Positions 1 through 13,649 are shown, counted from the whole stretch's first letter. The stretch: DNA of 63,146 bases, filler included, from Hausera hauseri (GCA_046269625.1; 11 parts of 11 records of this genome joined end to end with filler, not necessarily neighbours in it), one strand, 5' to 3'. The notes: generated from the letters alone by a model not told the origin. Program-made: numbers and translations.

Positions 1-250
1 TTCATTGTCATCCAGATCTTCATCAGAATCTTCTATACTATCCTCGGAAACCTTCGTGTGCTTCCTGATATTGCTGACCATACCAACAGCTTTGCGTCTT
101 ACTTTTTCATCTTTGTCACAAGACATCGCCAGTAGAAGTTGGTCAGAGTGAGCAAAATAGGCATTCTTTCCCACAACCTCTTTTACTATCTTCCTGTCTT
201 GACTGTTGAGATTTTTCATGAGTTGTAGGTGTGCTGCCGCGGTCGCGGAC
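1..250 (-). mobile_element. DNA transposase remnant (hAT-superfamily-like, C-terminal part)
   Basis: Minus strand reads ...KEVVGKNAYFAHSDQLLLAMSCDKDEKVRRKAV, resembling the NAYFAHPENLLLAM..DE..R motif I recall from invertebrate hAT-like transposases; the superfamily call is uncertain. Confidence 0.45.
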
Positions 251-3200
251 GTAACTCTGTACCGTCATTTGAATCAGACTCATCCTAATGTCAACATACC
301 GATGGTTGTATCATCAATAAATTAAAAATTATGTAATTAATAGTAATAGTACAAATGGATCACTATTAATATTTATATAAGAAAGTTCTACACTATGATT
401 ACTATAAATAATATTATAATTATCAGGGAAAATGGTACACAGGAAAAATAATTGCTTTGGTGACTCCGCATAGCTCCCTGTCTATCTGAATTTACATGTT
501 TAAATCTGTGACTTTCATGTCTTCGGTGTTCTCAAATTTTCGACGATCATCAACTTCTTCTGTTGGATGTAGCTGGTTAATCGGCCAGATTCTCCGTCCG
601 CATTGAAATTGTAAATGACCGTTCAAATTGTAAACTGAACACCGCACATAGTTGCAGTCTATCCTTCTGTGGCCATGTTCTTTTCAAGACAGACATAAGT
701 CTGAAATTTAATTCTGGCAAGTTCAATTCGTATGTCCTTCTTTTCCACATGTGAAACAAACTATTGTTCTTTTGTGACAATAAATATTTCTTTAGATCAG
801 TGTTTCTTAACGTGGGCGATATCAAAGTTTTGGTGGGCGATGGAAAAATTTATGGTCAACCAAAAGCTTTTACGTAGTCAGGTATTGAACCATATTTAGA
901 TAATTGATGTCAGTTTAGCTATTTTTATCAACAAAATTTAAAGTACTGTATGAATTTGGCTTTTTCATAAGTTTAAATGCGAAATACTGTGTTCAATTCC
1001 AATTACATATCCTTGGACAGGTGTGCTGCTTAGTTGTCATCAGTGGTCTATATTTAACATTTTATTAGTTGGAGAAAAATTGAAAAAACAACCTTTTGGG
1101 GCGATAACTCAAAAAGGTTGAGAAAGACGGCTTCAGATAATATTGTTAAGACAACCAAAATAAAAATTAATAAACAAATTTATTAATAAAATAAATTATG
1201 AATTTATGATTTTAGAGTTTCATTCTACTCATAATAATCGTTAGCTGAGAATAAAGTGATTTGGTGTATGTCGTTAAAGGTTGGCGACATTTTATTTGAT
1301 AGGTAATATGCCAGAAGGTGGCTTGCCTTCATGATGTAGCTCGTGGTAAGACGTTGAACGCTCCGTGATTTTCGGTTAATTTCGTTTGATTCAGTGTGGC
1401 TTTGTTATCAAATTTATTATTTTAATAACCGATTCATCTTTCATATTGTGAATTTAAACAAAATGGTTTAAATTCATAAATTGGATTTAAGATGTAATAT
1501 TTGTGGATTCTGCAATATTTACGTTTTAATTTTTTTTTAATGACTTCCGATCTCGGAACACTACCAACACATTTTGGTAATGAATTGGACACGACTTATG
1601 TATTCATTTATTCTGACGAAATATCAGCTTCAAAAGTTCGCGACATTATTGTCCTAAAAAGTCTTATCATTACACATTATTTCACTAAATGCTGCTCCAA
1701 AAGAATTGCCGTATTCTAAAATATAGTTTCACAAAAATCTAAATGAAATTAATGTCTTGGTTTTATTAAGCAAGCTCAAGTTACCAAAAGGTTCACCGAA
1801 TAGGCGACTGACTAAAATATTAGGATGTTGTAAACACTACTGTATTTATTATAATGCTAATTTTTGAAAATCTGAGATATTATAAATATTTTATTATTTT
1901 AGGTTGTTCGTAAAAATTGTATGCATAAGTTCATAATGAATCATGTGCTACATTAACATTATGCTTAGGAAAGCACCGCTTATAGTTTGTTTAAGTATTA
2001 TGATGTAAAGCAGACTGAACCATTTATCCTACTGCGCTAATTTAAATTTTAGTTTCAGCTCTGTGTGTAATAATTTTGAAAATTCTATTCTTCAACTAAA
2101 CGGAAAGAAAACGACGAAACTACCTAAAATTATACATATGAAAAATTCTTGCTCAATTATTAATAAGGTGCAAATTTGTATAAATGCAGTTCAGCCTGCT
2201 TATGTCGACATATGAAGAACCCCAATATTTCTGTTCATATGAGGTTGTCGACAGATGATTTGTCTTTTAGCGTTTCAACATATTTTGATGTTGAGTCAAT
2301 GGAATTGGCTTGTGATATTGTGAGGTAGCTATGTAATAGCGGACACACTGTAATATATGGACATTTCAGCATTTTCGGGCATCTTTGTTTGAATGACGAT
2401 CTTCCAGTTTTGCTCATTTTTTGTGATAAATACATATATCACGCATCTCGTATTCCGTTAATGGGTTACGGAATTGGCATCCCTGGTAGTATTTTTATTA
2501 ATTCCCCTTAATGAGAGTGGTAGTAATAAAATATAGGCAATTTATGTGTTTTGTTTTTGATAGCTAAGGATTATTGATTTTTTGGATTGTGATTTTGAAG
2601 AGCTGTAATCAGCGATTCAAATTTTTTATTTAGTTCACTGTTGTTAATACCGATGTTATTACATAAGTATTTATTTCACTGGTCATGTATTCAATAATTT
2701 TGTCAGACTTATTGATCTTGTCATTTAGGCTAGCTTCTGGCGGTTTAGCTAGTGTGTGATTACATTTAGTGATTTATACAGTTTTTACATGGATAGAATC
2801 GACTGTTTTGTTAGTATTTGGTGCTGTATTGTTGTCGCCGACTTGTGTATCATAGAAATCATTTTGGAAGTTTTAGTTATTCAATTATCACGAACATTGC
2901 TAGCAATTTCAAAGAATTAAAAATTTTCTACACCGTTTGTGGTATATTTGTTGTTGAACAAATTTCACGAATAACTACTGCTTTTGATTACTTCGTGTGA
3001 AGTTTTATTTATTCCATGTTATTTGAGTATAGATGAGTGTATTTCTTTGCCACTTTTTAAGTCTAAAATAATATATAGAAGTATTACATAATCTATTAAA
3101 TGAACAATTTTCAATATAGCAACAAGCATTGTTTGATATCTGAGTCTGACACTTCTAGAAATAATCCGCAGCAGTGATGATGTGGTGTGCATAGCTAAGT

Positions 3201-5881
3201 ATGGTAGACATTTTGTTCGATAGATTTTTCGTTGTGATTTTATCTAGTAGCATAGCGTCGATGTGACGGAAATTGTTTCATGGGAGTTTCTTCATAACGT
3301 AAATCGTGGTTTGGCGTATAAAACGCGTATTAGCAGCTGTGTTACTACATCTGAGAATGTAATGTTCGTTGCATCAGTATTTGTAATTATAGAACAATCG
3401 AAAACTTTCATCTAGTTAAAGAAGTACTCTGTTCTGTTGCCTATTCAATTTTTGAATTTTCAAGTCTATTTTGATATTACAAATTTAAACAAAATGATTT
3501 ATTTTTTCATTTGGGATTGCAAATTTCCAAATTTTTGTAGAGATTTAAAATTACTATACACTTATTTTTATGTTTTACATATATTGACAATGGACAAAAG
3601 AGTCAATAAAAAGGACTATTTACAAGGCGTATTTTGAACAAATACTGGGCAACCAAAATAAATTGTGGTCTGCACATAATGTGGTCCTGATCTTCTTGCT
3701 GTTCATCATGGACGAGATGTTCCCGTTGATGCTCCGCCGCCTATTTTATATATAAATGAGTAAACATCCTTTTCATCACTAATGATTCATCAGAAATCCG
3801 TGAAAATGGCGATAACGATGATGATTATATGTTAACCAGAATGTAATTGGTGGCCACATTCACCCAATCGGAAGAAACAAAATTATATAGACATTTTGTT
3901 TGTTTAAATAATCATGACGATGTGTGCGTAGTTTATGAAATTTTATAAATACAATAATTTTAGAGGCTTTCAAATTCTTCCTGTTTCTTGTTGCTGTTTA
4001 AGTTCATTTCAACAATCATTATAAATTAGATGAATGGTCCAGAAATTCCATGTGATTACTGAGCAAACAACAATTTTTCAGAAATTTTCCTTGGCTAAAT
4101 TTTAGCAGAAAAACTATACTTCGGTAATCTCAAAAAAAAATTGAAACTATTTACAAATTTATCCGATTTCAAATTGAAATTCCGTTTTTTCAAAATATTA
4201 TCGAATTAACCGAAATGAAACGAAACGGACCAAATTAGGATATTTTAAATCTTACAAAACATGATATAAACGAAAGTAAGCGTTAATCAAAACAATTCTG
4301 ATATCTGTCTGTCGAGTGATTATAATAACAAAATTCACAGTAACAATTCTTAACTTCAATTATTTATTCAATATGAAATTATAGGGCTGTAATGAAATTA
4401 ATATCGTGATTTTTCAGACTTTGAGTGAATCAATAGTAATACTTTTAAATGTGGAAATTGGGCATTTTAAATTTCATGAAATTTGCTGAATAATGGAGGT
4501 TTCAGCTGCAGATACTAACGTTATATTGAAACTGTAAGGTACAATGATTAAAAATCAGTAAAGGTTTGTAAAATTATTATAAGAGTCATAGTTAGTGTCA
4601 GGCAGGTTCAAAGAAATCTAAAGGAATATGGCGAAAGAAATCGTAAATGGTTGTAGGAGGCAAGATGTACTGAGGGAAAAATGCAGGGCTCTCGAGTCTT
4701 GTGTTTGTGTTTCAAACTCACAAACCAAATTCTGAGGGTTAGCTTGTAAATTTTTCTAATGAAGTTGCTCCTTTCTAATTTCTTTTCTAGCAAAAAGAAA
4801 CTCAAGTCGCTCTTCGAATACAAATTTCCAATATGATAATATATTCAGTATGTGATATAAGTAATGCACAATTCTCATAAACTCGCTATTACTTTATGTA
4901 AATATTTTAGTACTTTATGCAGAAATAAGAAAGTGTTGAGTTTCCTCAGTCTTTCTGTGAGTCTGGGATAGAGATTTTAATTTGAACAAAACAAAATGCA
5001 GTAACAATAATACAAATATATTAGTCGTCCAAATAAAATAACAAATAACTTACAAGTTAAAACATATCAATAATACCCAAAGGTAACTTTTCAATAATGC
5101 GTTCAGAACGAAATTAACGTGACCTTGCATAAAATAATTGTGTCCTTTAACGTCAAAAATCATGGGAATTTATAGCATTTAAGAATCTATAATTAGCATC
5201 AGAACCGGGGCAGGAAAATTCACTACATAAACCCAGTGATCTAAAAATAGATTCGACAGTGCAGTCAATTCTGCAAGTACACTGAAATTCTAGACTGCAC
5301 TGTCTAGTGCATTTACCATATGCACAACAATTGTATTTGTTTGCTTTTATTTTCTTAATTACAAATGTAGAGTAAATAGTCTTTAATTGTATTAATAAGG
5401 TTATATTAGCGTATTAAGTGATAAATAAATTTAATTTCGTCCACGTTTTGGTATTCTAGCCCCGTAATTAGCCGGTTCTATAAAATCCTTTAAATAACGG
5501 GTGTTCACTCAGTATCCCTCCTGAGAACGACCTTACCATAAGATCAAGCAAACCTACAGACAGATTATAAGAATAAATAATAACTTGGTCTTTGGAAGAA
5601 AATACTCAAGACTTATGGACAAAGTATAAGTTTAGGGTTTTAAGAACCTATCTCATTTTAATTATCCTAAACTTTACACTGGTATTCATGTGCAAAATGT
5701 AGAATCTAATTAGGTGTAACATAAACAACAAGGAAAGAAAATGATAGGACTAATACAAGTCTATTTGCATGAATACACATACATTTAAAACTTTTAAAAT
5801 CCAATTAGTCCAAAAATGAGGATATAAACTTTATTATTTGAGCTGAACTTTAGCTTATTGTCATTGTAACCTGTTTACCAG

Positions 5882-6169
5882 ATTCTCTCCTACCTGTGAG
5901 AGCCTGGGTAATGGAGACTACCAGTGTACCTCCTGTCAGCCTGGATACACTGGCCAGTACTGTGAACGGTAAGGCTGCTTTATCTCCCTACAACCACTAA
6001 CCTGCTACAGCACTGTGGCATGCTTTGAAAAGAAATGCATAAAATATTGGCACACAGAGTTCAGTGAAAGTTTGCCCAAGATGGAAACTTTGTGTGTTTT
6101 TCATCATCAGTTGTTCTCCTGGATATGTTGGCAACCCACAGGACAGAAATAAGTGTCGTCCAAATGACG
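5882..6169 (+). CDS. HSPG2: Two exons (5882-5968, 6111-6169) of perlecan/HSPG2, laminin-EGF repeats; vertebrate (teleost)-like
   Basis: Spliced translation FSPTCESLGNGDYQCTSCQPGYTGQYCER-CSPGYVGNPQDRNKCRPND closely matches the vertebrate perlecan segment (FSRTCESLGAGGYRCTACEPGYTGQYCEQCGPGYVGNP); canonical AG/GT sites with consistent phase. Confidence 0.8.
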
Positions 6170-6558
6170 GTAATGCAAAATGCTGATATTCACTTGAAAA
6201 AACCCCATGTGATCTTGGTGAAATTAGAAAAACAGTGGATATAAAAGGATTATTTTTTAGATAGTGAAAACATATTAACTATTTATTCACTTGCCAGAAC
6301 ACACACACATTAGAAACATTACATGTGTTATTCAGAAACTTGGCACACATCTGTTGAACATCATCTGACTCATCTGTGCTGCTGGAAAAGCAGCGGCTTG
6401 CATGATGAAAATGTGCAATATCCGAGCACCACCTGACGCATTATGTGAAAACACAGTATGGAGGACCATTAATGCTGATGGCTGCACTCTGTCTGAGCAG
6501 GCGGAACCTCTTATGAGAAGAATATAAAGAAGGGGCAGGGGGTGCGGGGGGGATGAGG

Positions 6559-6658
6559 NNNNNNNNNNNNNNNNNNNNNNNNNNNNNNNNNNNNNNNNNN
6601 NNTTAATTAATTAANNNNNNNNNNNNNNNNNNNNNNNNNNNNNNNNNNNNNNNNNNNN
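6559..6658. other. Artificial contig linker (first of ten: also 15687-15786, 20787-20886, 24913-25012, 29164-29263, 35468-35567, 41747-41846, 46016-46115, 50660-50759, 58787-58886)
   Basis: Identical 100-bp N-runs, each with a central TTAATTAATTAA (stops in all six frames). Confidence 0.99.
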
Positions 6659-9466
6659 CGCCTGGTGGTGCATGTTTTTACCACGTGGATAAGTGCAGCA
6701 AACCTTTGTCCTTTTTTATTAGAATTCAACGACAATAGTTTATAGATGGGAAACACCTCTTTCACGAGCACCTTCATTTCAAATTTTCAGAGAACCATTC
6801 TTAGTTTATCAGTATTTATGGACTGAGGGACAATCTTGAGTTTTGGGACAAATCGAAGGAATTAAATTAAATTTTACTAGACGAATAATTACTCCAAAAT
6901 TATCCCTGGACGTACCACGATTTCCTATATATTATAATAGGCCGACATGGGTTAGAATTACCACACCGATATCTGTGACAAACGTATATTTCCTATACCA
7001 CTGGTTAAGTCCTCCCGTTCAATCTTTATTTACATCAGGATGAATTTTGTTGAATGCAATCCCTTATTCTTGTGTTGATGTTCTACGAACACGGTAGACT
7101 CATCCAGTGCTGGAAGCCACATACATAGGGAAACATTGGTCGGTATCTGTTGGGCCTTCTCCGCCTCGGCTTATGATAATAAAGAAAGAAAATATTCATT
7201 TTCGACCCTCACTAAGCGAATCCAGTTTTCAGTTTTGGTAGATCCCTCACATCGTGTCATAATTAATATTACGTTAAACTTGAAGCATCTATTTTCATTT
7301 AGGTCATCACCCCAAATAAAACCAAGAGTTACTATGTTGAACAAGTGAATTGGTCCTACGAAATTGAATCTCCTAAATACAACAGTTAAATTCATACCTA
7401 ATCAATCCTTATTAAATTTAGCAACACATAGACGTAATTTAACAAGCTGTATTATTTCTAAACCTTTGGAAAACCCCATACCATTTGTTACAAATTTTTC
7501 AAACTGTAAACAAAAGTTCGCTTTTTATTTCTTTTCACGTATACCTATCTCAACAACAAGTGCGACTGCATTACCAAACGGAACTTCTATTGCTCTATTT
7601 TATGTTTGGATATTTGTGATCATTGTTTCGAGCATCATGATTGTGGTTTGCTTTCCCTAGAGGTATATTTCAAATTATCAAATGAAGCATTTTTCCTTGA
7701 AAATTTTAATGTGTAGGAGAATATGATGCAGTATTATGATAATTTTATTTTAAATTATTTCGCGCCTGACGAAATTGTCGACAGGCAGAATGACGAGTTT
7801 TATAGCTCGATCTTATGACAATCCCAACCAAGCCATTTGGTTACATTCGAATATTCGAGTGGAGACTGTTGGAACGTCCGTTGAGCGCTACATGAATGAC
7901 ACAATCCCCTTTGATTTCACAATTTCTTACACCCTTGCCTTACTCTGCTACATACTATACTTTAACCGAAGTACCAGCAATTCGAAATATTAACCAGAAC
8001 CTACAATTTTCCAATTTACGGCAAATGCTCCGTGTAGTCATATTTTTGCCAAATGCTTCACCTATCCATTTTCTTACTGAAATGCTACGTTCACGCTCCA
8101 CCTATCGGGCTATACGTATGGATTCTTCCCTCCGTCATACTATACCTCGATATCCCTCTGTATTTTCAATTCCGAATAAATATAAAGGCAATAGCCTTCA
8201 AGATCAGTACATTCTGATATCCCACAGTATTAGTTGATATAGAATATATCAGTCGGCACAAAATGAGAATTAGACACGATATAAATCAAAAAAGAATATA
8301 AGTTCAGAAATAAAATTACAACGCGAAGAAATATGAATAATTGCGATTTGAAAAAAGAAAATCAAAATGGTGGATGAATTAAGACGATGCAAGATATCCT
8401 TGATGAGTGGTAAAGGGTACGCATCCATGATAGTCAAGTTGTTCAGCTCTCGGTAGTCACCGCATGGTCTAAAAGTACCGTGCTTTTTTGTACAACGTGT
8501 AAAGGTGATGACCAAGGAGATTTGGAACGGCGTACTATGCCGGAACGTTCTAGCTCAAGAAATTCGGCTTCTACGGCCTGTCTACGACGAGGTGACAGAG
8601 GTCGTACCTTTTGACATATTGTATATTGATGTTGTGTAACTATATGGTGCAAAGTGCTCTTGGAGGGAGTAAAAGTACGATCTTTTTTAAGCACACGTGG
8701 ACATGATTTGTTGATGAATTGCTGTAACGTAGTATGTAGCTGTGAAAGATTCGGTGAAAGTGGTGAAACGGTTTGAGTAGTAGCGGATGCAATTTGTTAG
8801 TTGTTTGGTGATGTGAAGTTAAGTGGTATTTGGTGTAAGATGGTCAAATTGAAGATGGTATTTGATGAAGTATGGTGGCAGTACCACAATTACCGACATC
8901 AAACCTTAATCGAATATCAGTGTTATTATTTAAAAAATTACGAATTGCGTTATTATTATGGAAATTAAAATTATTTGTTAATTTTTTTTAAATTTACTTC
9001 CGCGTTCCGATCGACTGCACCGTAGTCGAAACGTTCTTGACATGTCCAGAAATGTCGCCAGTGGTGCCGTTCCTCAAACATCGTTGACTGCAGTCAGGCA
9101 GTAAATTATAGTGTGAGAGAAAGTTTGACCCAAGAATTGCCGTCTGGACGTTAACGAGTGTGAACGTCCAGTGGAAGAGTGAATGAAAGTTTGGTGGAGT
9201 GAAAGATAATTTAGACATGCCAGAAATGTGCAGCGGTTGGCCTGAAGCAGTATATAAGGGCTTAAGTTTGAATGGAGAATTTTGTTCAGGAAAGGTTTGT
9301 GGTAATAAGGAAATCGCTGCACCTGTATCGATGGGGAAGTCAACAGATTGCGTTGTAGGAGCAGTGATTGCAGCCTTTAGAGTAAAGACAGAAAAAGAGA
9401 CGTGTCGGGGTTCAGAATATGAAGCAGTGCCATTGCCAGAGTTTGCCGTGACTGCTGGCTGCGAAC

Positions 9467-9477
9467 TTAGTTTTTTT
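9467..9477 (-). promoter_or_regulatory. Putative -1 ribosomal frameshift site between gag and pol
   Basis: Minus strand CAAAAAAACTAA: an A-AAA-AAC slippery heptamer immediately before the gag stop, with the protease downstream. Confidence 0.65.
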
Positions 9478-10832
9478 GAAAGGGTGAATTAAAACGACTA
9501 TTAGAAGGAAAGGCTGTACGTCCGTCGTTCGTATTGGATTTGAAAGTGCAGCCTGGAATACATGTACGAGCTTGATTTTTGAACCTTGCATGGTAGATGC
9601 AAATAACGGTGTCCGAGGAAAAATTCTTATTATAAAACTTACAGCCTAGGCAGCACTTCTGAGCATTAGTGTTGAATCTGTTGTGGTAATAGCAGATCGA
9701 CGAACGCGCAGGCGATGGTGAGCGGTTTCTTGACGCAGAACGGGTGCGGTCAGCGGCAAAACCCCCTCGTCGGGACAGAGACAATTCGTTTAACTTATTG
9801 TTGATGTTGTTGATTGTTGCATGTAGTGCAATGTTTTTAGCACGTAGCTGATTAAGTTGTTGTTCTATAGATGTTATAATTTGTGGTAACTGTTGCTAAA
9901 ACTACTGGTGGAGAATTTACGTGTAAGACATAATATGTCTTATCGGCTAATTCGGCCAATTTTTCAAGCGGCGTGAAGTCCCCCACCACGGTAAGTAGGG
10001 CCTGGATTTGGATGGGTAGCGCATTAAGAAAATAGTGGCGCAGAAGATCTGGGTTGTGCTCCTTAGTGACGCCAAGAGTACGTAGGTGGGCCAACGAGGT
10101 GCGTAGGAAGTCACTGGATTTTTGTGTCCCCAATGAGTTTTCGTTGAAGAAGCGTTACATTATGGAGTCAATTGATGGTTCTGTCTGTTTTAATACAGCG
10201 TCAAATAATTGGGCATAAGGGTAAGAGTGTTGGAAGATGCCCAGTAAGTTATGGATTGAGACTTTTATGGAATTTTGGAGAAGATAAAGTAGGCTATGGG
10301 CTTTGGTTAAGGCGTCTGTGATACCGTTGGACTGTAACCAGAGTTGATGGAAGTGGCGCCACGTTTTGCTGGACTTTTCATTATCTATAAAGTAGTCAGT
10401 GCAAAGAGAAGTATTGATTGGATTTTTGTGAGAAGAATTTGCGTCGGTTGAGGTAGGTGGCTGATTTGGTTTGGGGTAGTAGAGAATGGGTATTGCCTTT
10501 TTTGTGGTGGTTGTATCCGTGATGTCAATGGTTGGCGGTGTTCATGCCACCACGGATACGGAAATGTATGTAGACGCAGGTGTGATTTGAAAAAGAAGGT
10601 AAAGTTTCGTTGAGATGTATGATACTACCGTGATGACTGAGGTAAAAGTCGGAGTAACCAAGCAAGGAAGAAATGCAGGTCTGAAGGGTGGGAATGTGTA
10701 GATGTGTTGTATTGAGGGTGTAGATGTTTGTTGTTATAAAAAAAGAAAATGGAAGTGGGAGCAGTAGTACACCTGGGGACGTGATGTGGGGCCAACGCCG
10801 AAAGCGCCGTCCGACCGACCGGCGCAGGGTTG

Positions 10833-10850
10833 GCAATCGGCGGGGCACCA
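10833..10850 (-). promoter_or_regulatory. Putative primer-binding site (degenerate, tRNA-Trp-like)
   Basis: TGGTGCCCCGCCGAT lies 3 nt after ...TGCA and upstream of gag; resembles the tRNA-Trp PBS TGGTGACCCCGACGTGAT. Confidence 0.55.
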
Positions 10851-11944
10851 AAATGCAGGGTGCCCGAGTTTCCAATCGAACCGTGCAACATCTGAATGTC
10901 ATTATCGAATCTTTCAACGGCTGTTGTCCAATGGGTTGTGCAATCAATTCAAAATGAGTAACATTGGGTTTATATTGCAATAACGTCACGAATCTCATTA
11001 AGCCACCGAATAGAATAAAATCATCCTTTCGTTTACGAAACAATGCAATAATGTCCTTACCGATCAGATTATCGCCAGTCTCGCTGATCATCAGCGAATC
11101 CTCCAGAATGGCAGCATTATCAGCTGATTCGCAATTTACATATTTCACAACGCAGCTAATCGTCCACAAAAAGGCTTCAGCATTGTTCTTCTAGCCACTG
11201 GCTTTGGACTTGTGCAATTGACTCAAGTCGGTTAGCAGCTGTCGGAAAACAGTTTCGAGGTTAAAGAAACTCCTAATCTATTACATTACACAGAACACTT
11301 CACCACGGACGTAACAGCAGCTGATCCTCGTCGTGATCAATTAATGCACAATGGCTATTTGATGTAGATGAGCTGTTCGAATTTCGGTGTCAACGTGTCT
11401 CGGGCGGCATCGTTTTTTCCATCCTCATGTTGGTCAGTCACGTCTGTCAACACGTCAAGCACCAGTGTAGAGCAATCTCGATTTGTGCTGGTCGCAAGGG
11501 GTAAAATGTCCAAAGTCTGCGCATTACCCGGACAGATAACTCTGTAAAACACCGGAACGTCGAGCATGATCGGCAAAAGTGCATTTCCCATGCCGTAAAA
11601 TATTTTGGCATACTCAAGACAGTAATTGGCTCGACCCGTTCGATGAAGGGATAGATAACCGTCGCGTAGTACGTACGTTAAATCCAGAGAAAATTCTCGG
11701 AAACCGTTTGGTGTGTGGAAAATGAGAAATTTCGCACCATCGGAGTACGAAATTGATTTCCGTGATTTACTACTATGTTTCATACATTGATGTTGATAGT
11801 TCAAATCTTTCTTTCTCATATTGAAATTCACCAGATCCTTGTCCAACGAACAAACGTAATCGGTTTTCGAGACTTTCCCTTCGCAACCGCACTTAAAACA
11901 TTTCGTTGAATACGAAAAATTGCATTTTAACCGTTCCGTGGGAT

Positions 11945-13344
11945 CGGTTTGATTTACCTTCTTAGGTTTGGGCGCTTTGTCATAAAGATGTTTACTCTTT
12001 GGAGTTGTTGTAGCAGCTGAAAAATTTACAACACTACCATCGGAATTAACTTTTTCTGCAGATGTCACGGCGGGAGTAGAACTTGGTGGATCTTTCTTTA
12101 AGTAAATATCTAACAGTCTGTTGAATACAATTGCAGACAGAACACAAACAACCGGTGTCAGAGTGAGCATGAGACGGACTATGACCCCAGCAAAGTACGA
12201 CGCACTGACAGCATACAGAATTATAAAAACTCGTTCATCGGTAACTTGTTTTATACAGAACCAAAGTCCGACAGGAAAGACGCATACTAGCATATGGCGA
12301 TCAAAGAACGACACCCAAGTAGTCGGCTGATGCTCCGATACACTAGCGATAATTGGAATGTGAATTTTGACAACCCGCATCCCATAGAGAATAGAAACGA
12401 CCGCTCCAAGGAGCGATGTATCCGCAGTACGTTAAACCAACGACCTATAAAAACACAAGTGCAGCAGTTACGGTAACAGAAAAAAGAAGAAATTTCGAAA
12501 CTGAGCTTTTGTTAATTTCGTTTGAAGCCACATCAGAAAAACATTTGCCTGCAGTAAAATGAAAACACCGGCCGATGCCGACGAACGGAATATGCATGGA
12601 AAACAACAATCCCAATATGTAGAAAGTCGCATAGGCCACGTACATCCGTGAACTATACTGTTGCATTAATAATAGAACGAACAAGTATAGTGGCATCAGA
12701 TTGATAATGTACACAGCCGCCCCATGCTGATACCATGCACAGATAGCTAATGGCACAGAAAACACTCCATAATACAGTTCCGGTCTTGACAGCTTTAATC
12801 CAGAGGTAATAGGTAAACAAGTGCAAATATGACAATTCCTTCAGTCGTAACTACCAGCTACCGAACGACTGATGTAGCCAGGAACGATTGCTACAAATCA
12901 TCCAGCAAATAATCCAGCACCACTATTCCCCGATTTTTTGGTTAATAAAAACATTGCTATCACAGTCAATCCGCTGAAAATCGGTGCTAAAAACACGCAA
13001 ATATCCCGAATATGAACTGGAAAATTGATCACTTGTAAAACATAATGAATCGAACCCGATCTTATCATCAAACCGGGATAGACAGTACCACCGACAATTC
13101 GTCCAAGTAGATACCATGAGCGTTCATTGAACAAATTGAGAACATTGCAATAACCATTTTCAACCATATGATGAGTTGATCGGTAATTGAACCATGGATC
13201 AAATTCATGAGTTATACTTTCAAATCGTAAAACGGAAAATAATCTCGAACTGAATCCAACAAGCCATGCAAGTGAAAGAATAAAAAATGTCAATAAGTTC
13301 GTCTAGCCACTTGAATTTCCTAAAAGATTTTCACTGTTTTTCAT
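11945..13344 (-). pseudogene. STT3B: Oligosaccharyltransferase catalytic subunit STT3B, 5' part only, with stops, frameshifts and deletions
   Basis: FSSRLFSVLRFESITHEFDPWFNYR, GRIVGGTVYPGLM, APWSGRFYSLWD, IIASVSEHQPTTW, FAGVIVRLMLTLTP, HLYDKA; the WWDYG domain is absent; in-frame stop near the start. Confidence 0.93.
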
Positions 13345-13649
13345 AGAAATAGTCATTCAGTTTGAATAAATCAGAAATTTTTGACACCAATTTGTTGAAT
13401 GTGATTGAACGATAACCGGCAGATATTGCGACGAGAATTTAAATCAAATAATATTCGTAATCAACAGATCACAAATTACTGTAAAATGAAATTGTATAAA
13501 TTCATAGATATTGTAAATAATGTTATCCGATAACTGGCAGATAAAATTGAATAATAGCTTCTGGAAATAATTTGATAAAATATATTGAAACCAAAAAATC
13601 AATTTATTTGCATGTTTGTGCAAAATGTAAAAAACATAATTACAATATT

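Larger units (their letters stand above)
8370..10890 (-). mobile_element. Ty3/gypsy LTR retrotransposon, degenerate and 3'-truncated: PBS, gag, protease, N-terminal RT
   Basis: gag (LLRHYFLNALPIQIQALL..LEKLAELADK; RSASRNRSPSP + CYYHNRF..KC); protease IDTGAAISLLP and ILGSNFLSHYNLL; RT GIVRRSKSPWSSPLHVVQK, FRPCGDYRELN, DAYPLP; homology ends near 8370; frameshifts present. Confidence 0.93.

Noticed and set aside
2235-2435. KTGRSSFKQR resembling a Penelope GIY-YIG endonuclease
   Set aside because: The match is too short, and no RT or other motifs are recognisable nearby.
6659-7660. Protein-like decayed frames on the minus strand (also 62200-62640)
   Set aside because: No family could be recognised, so they are left unannotated.
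11355-12380. 341-aa ORF as a functional STT3 variant
   Set aside because: The upstream part is broken by stops and frameshifts, WWDYG is absent, and the C-terminal half is unrelated sequence.
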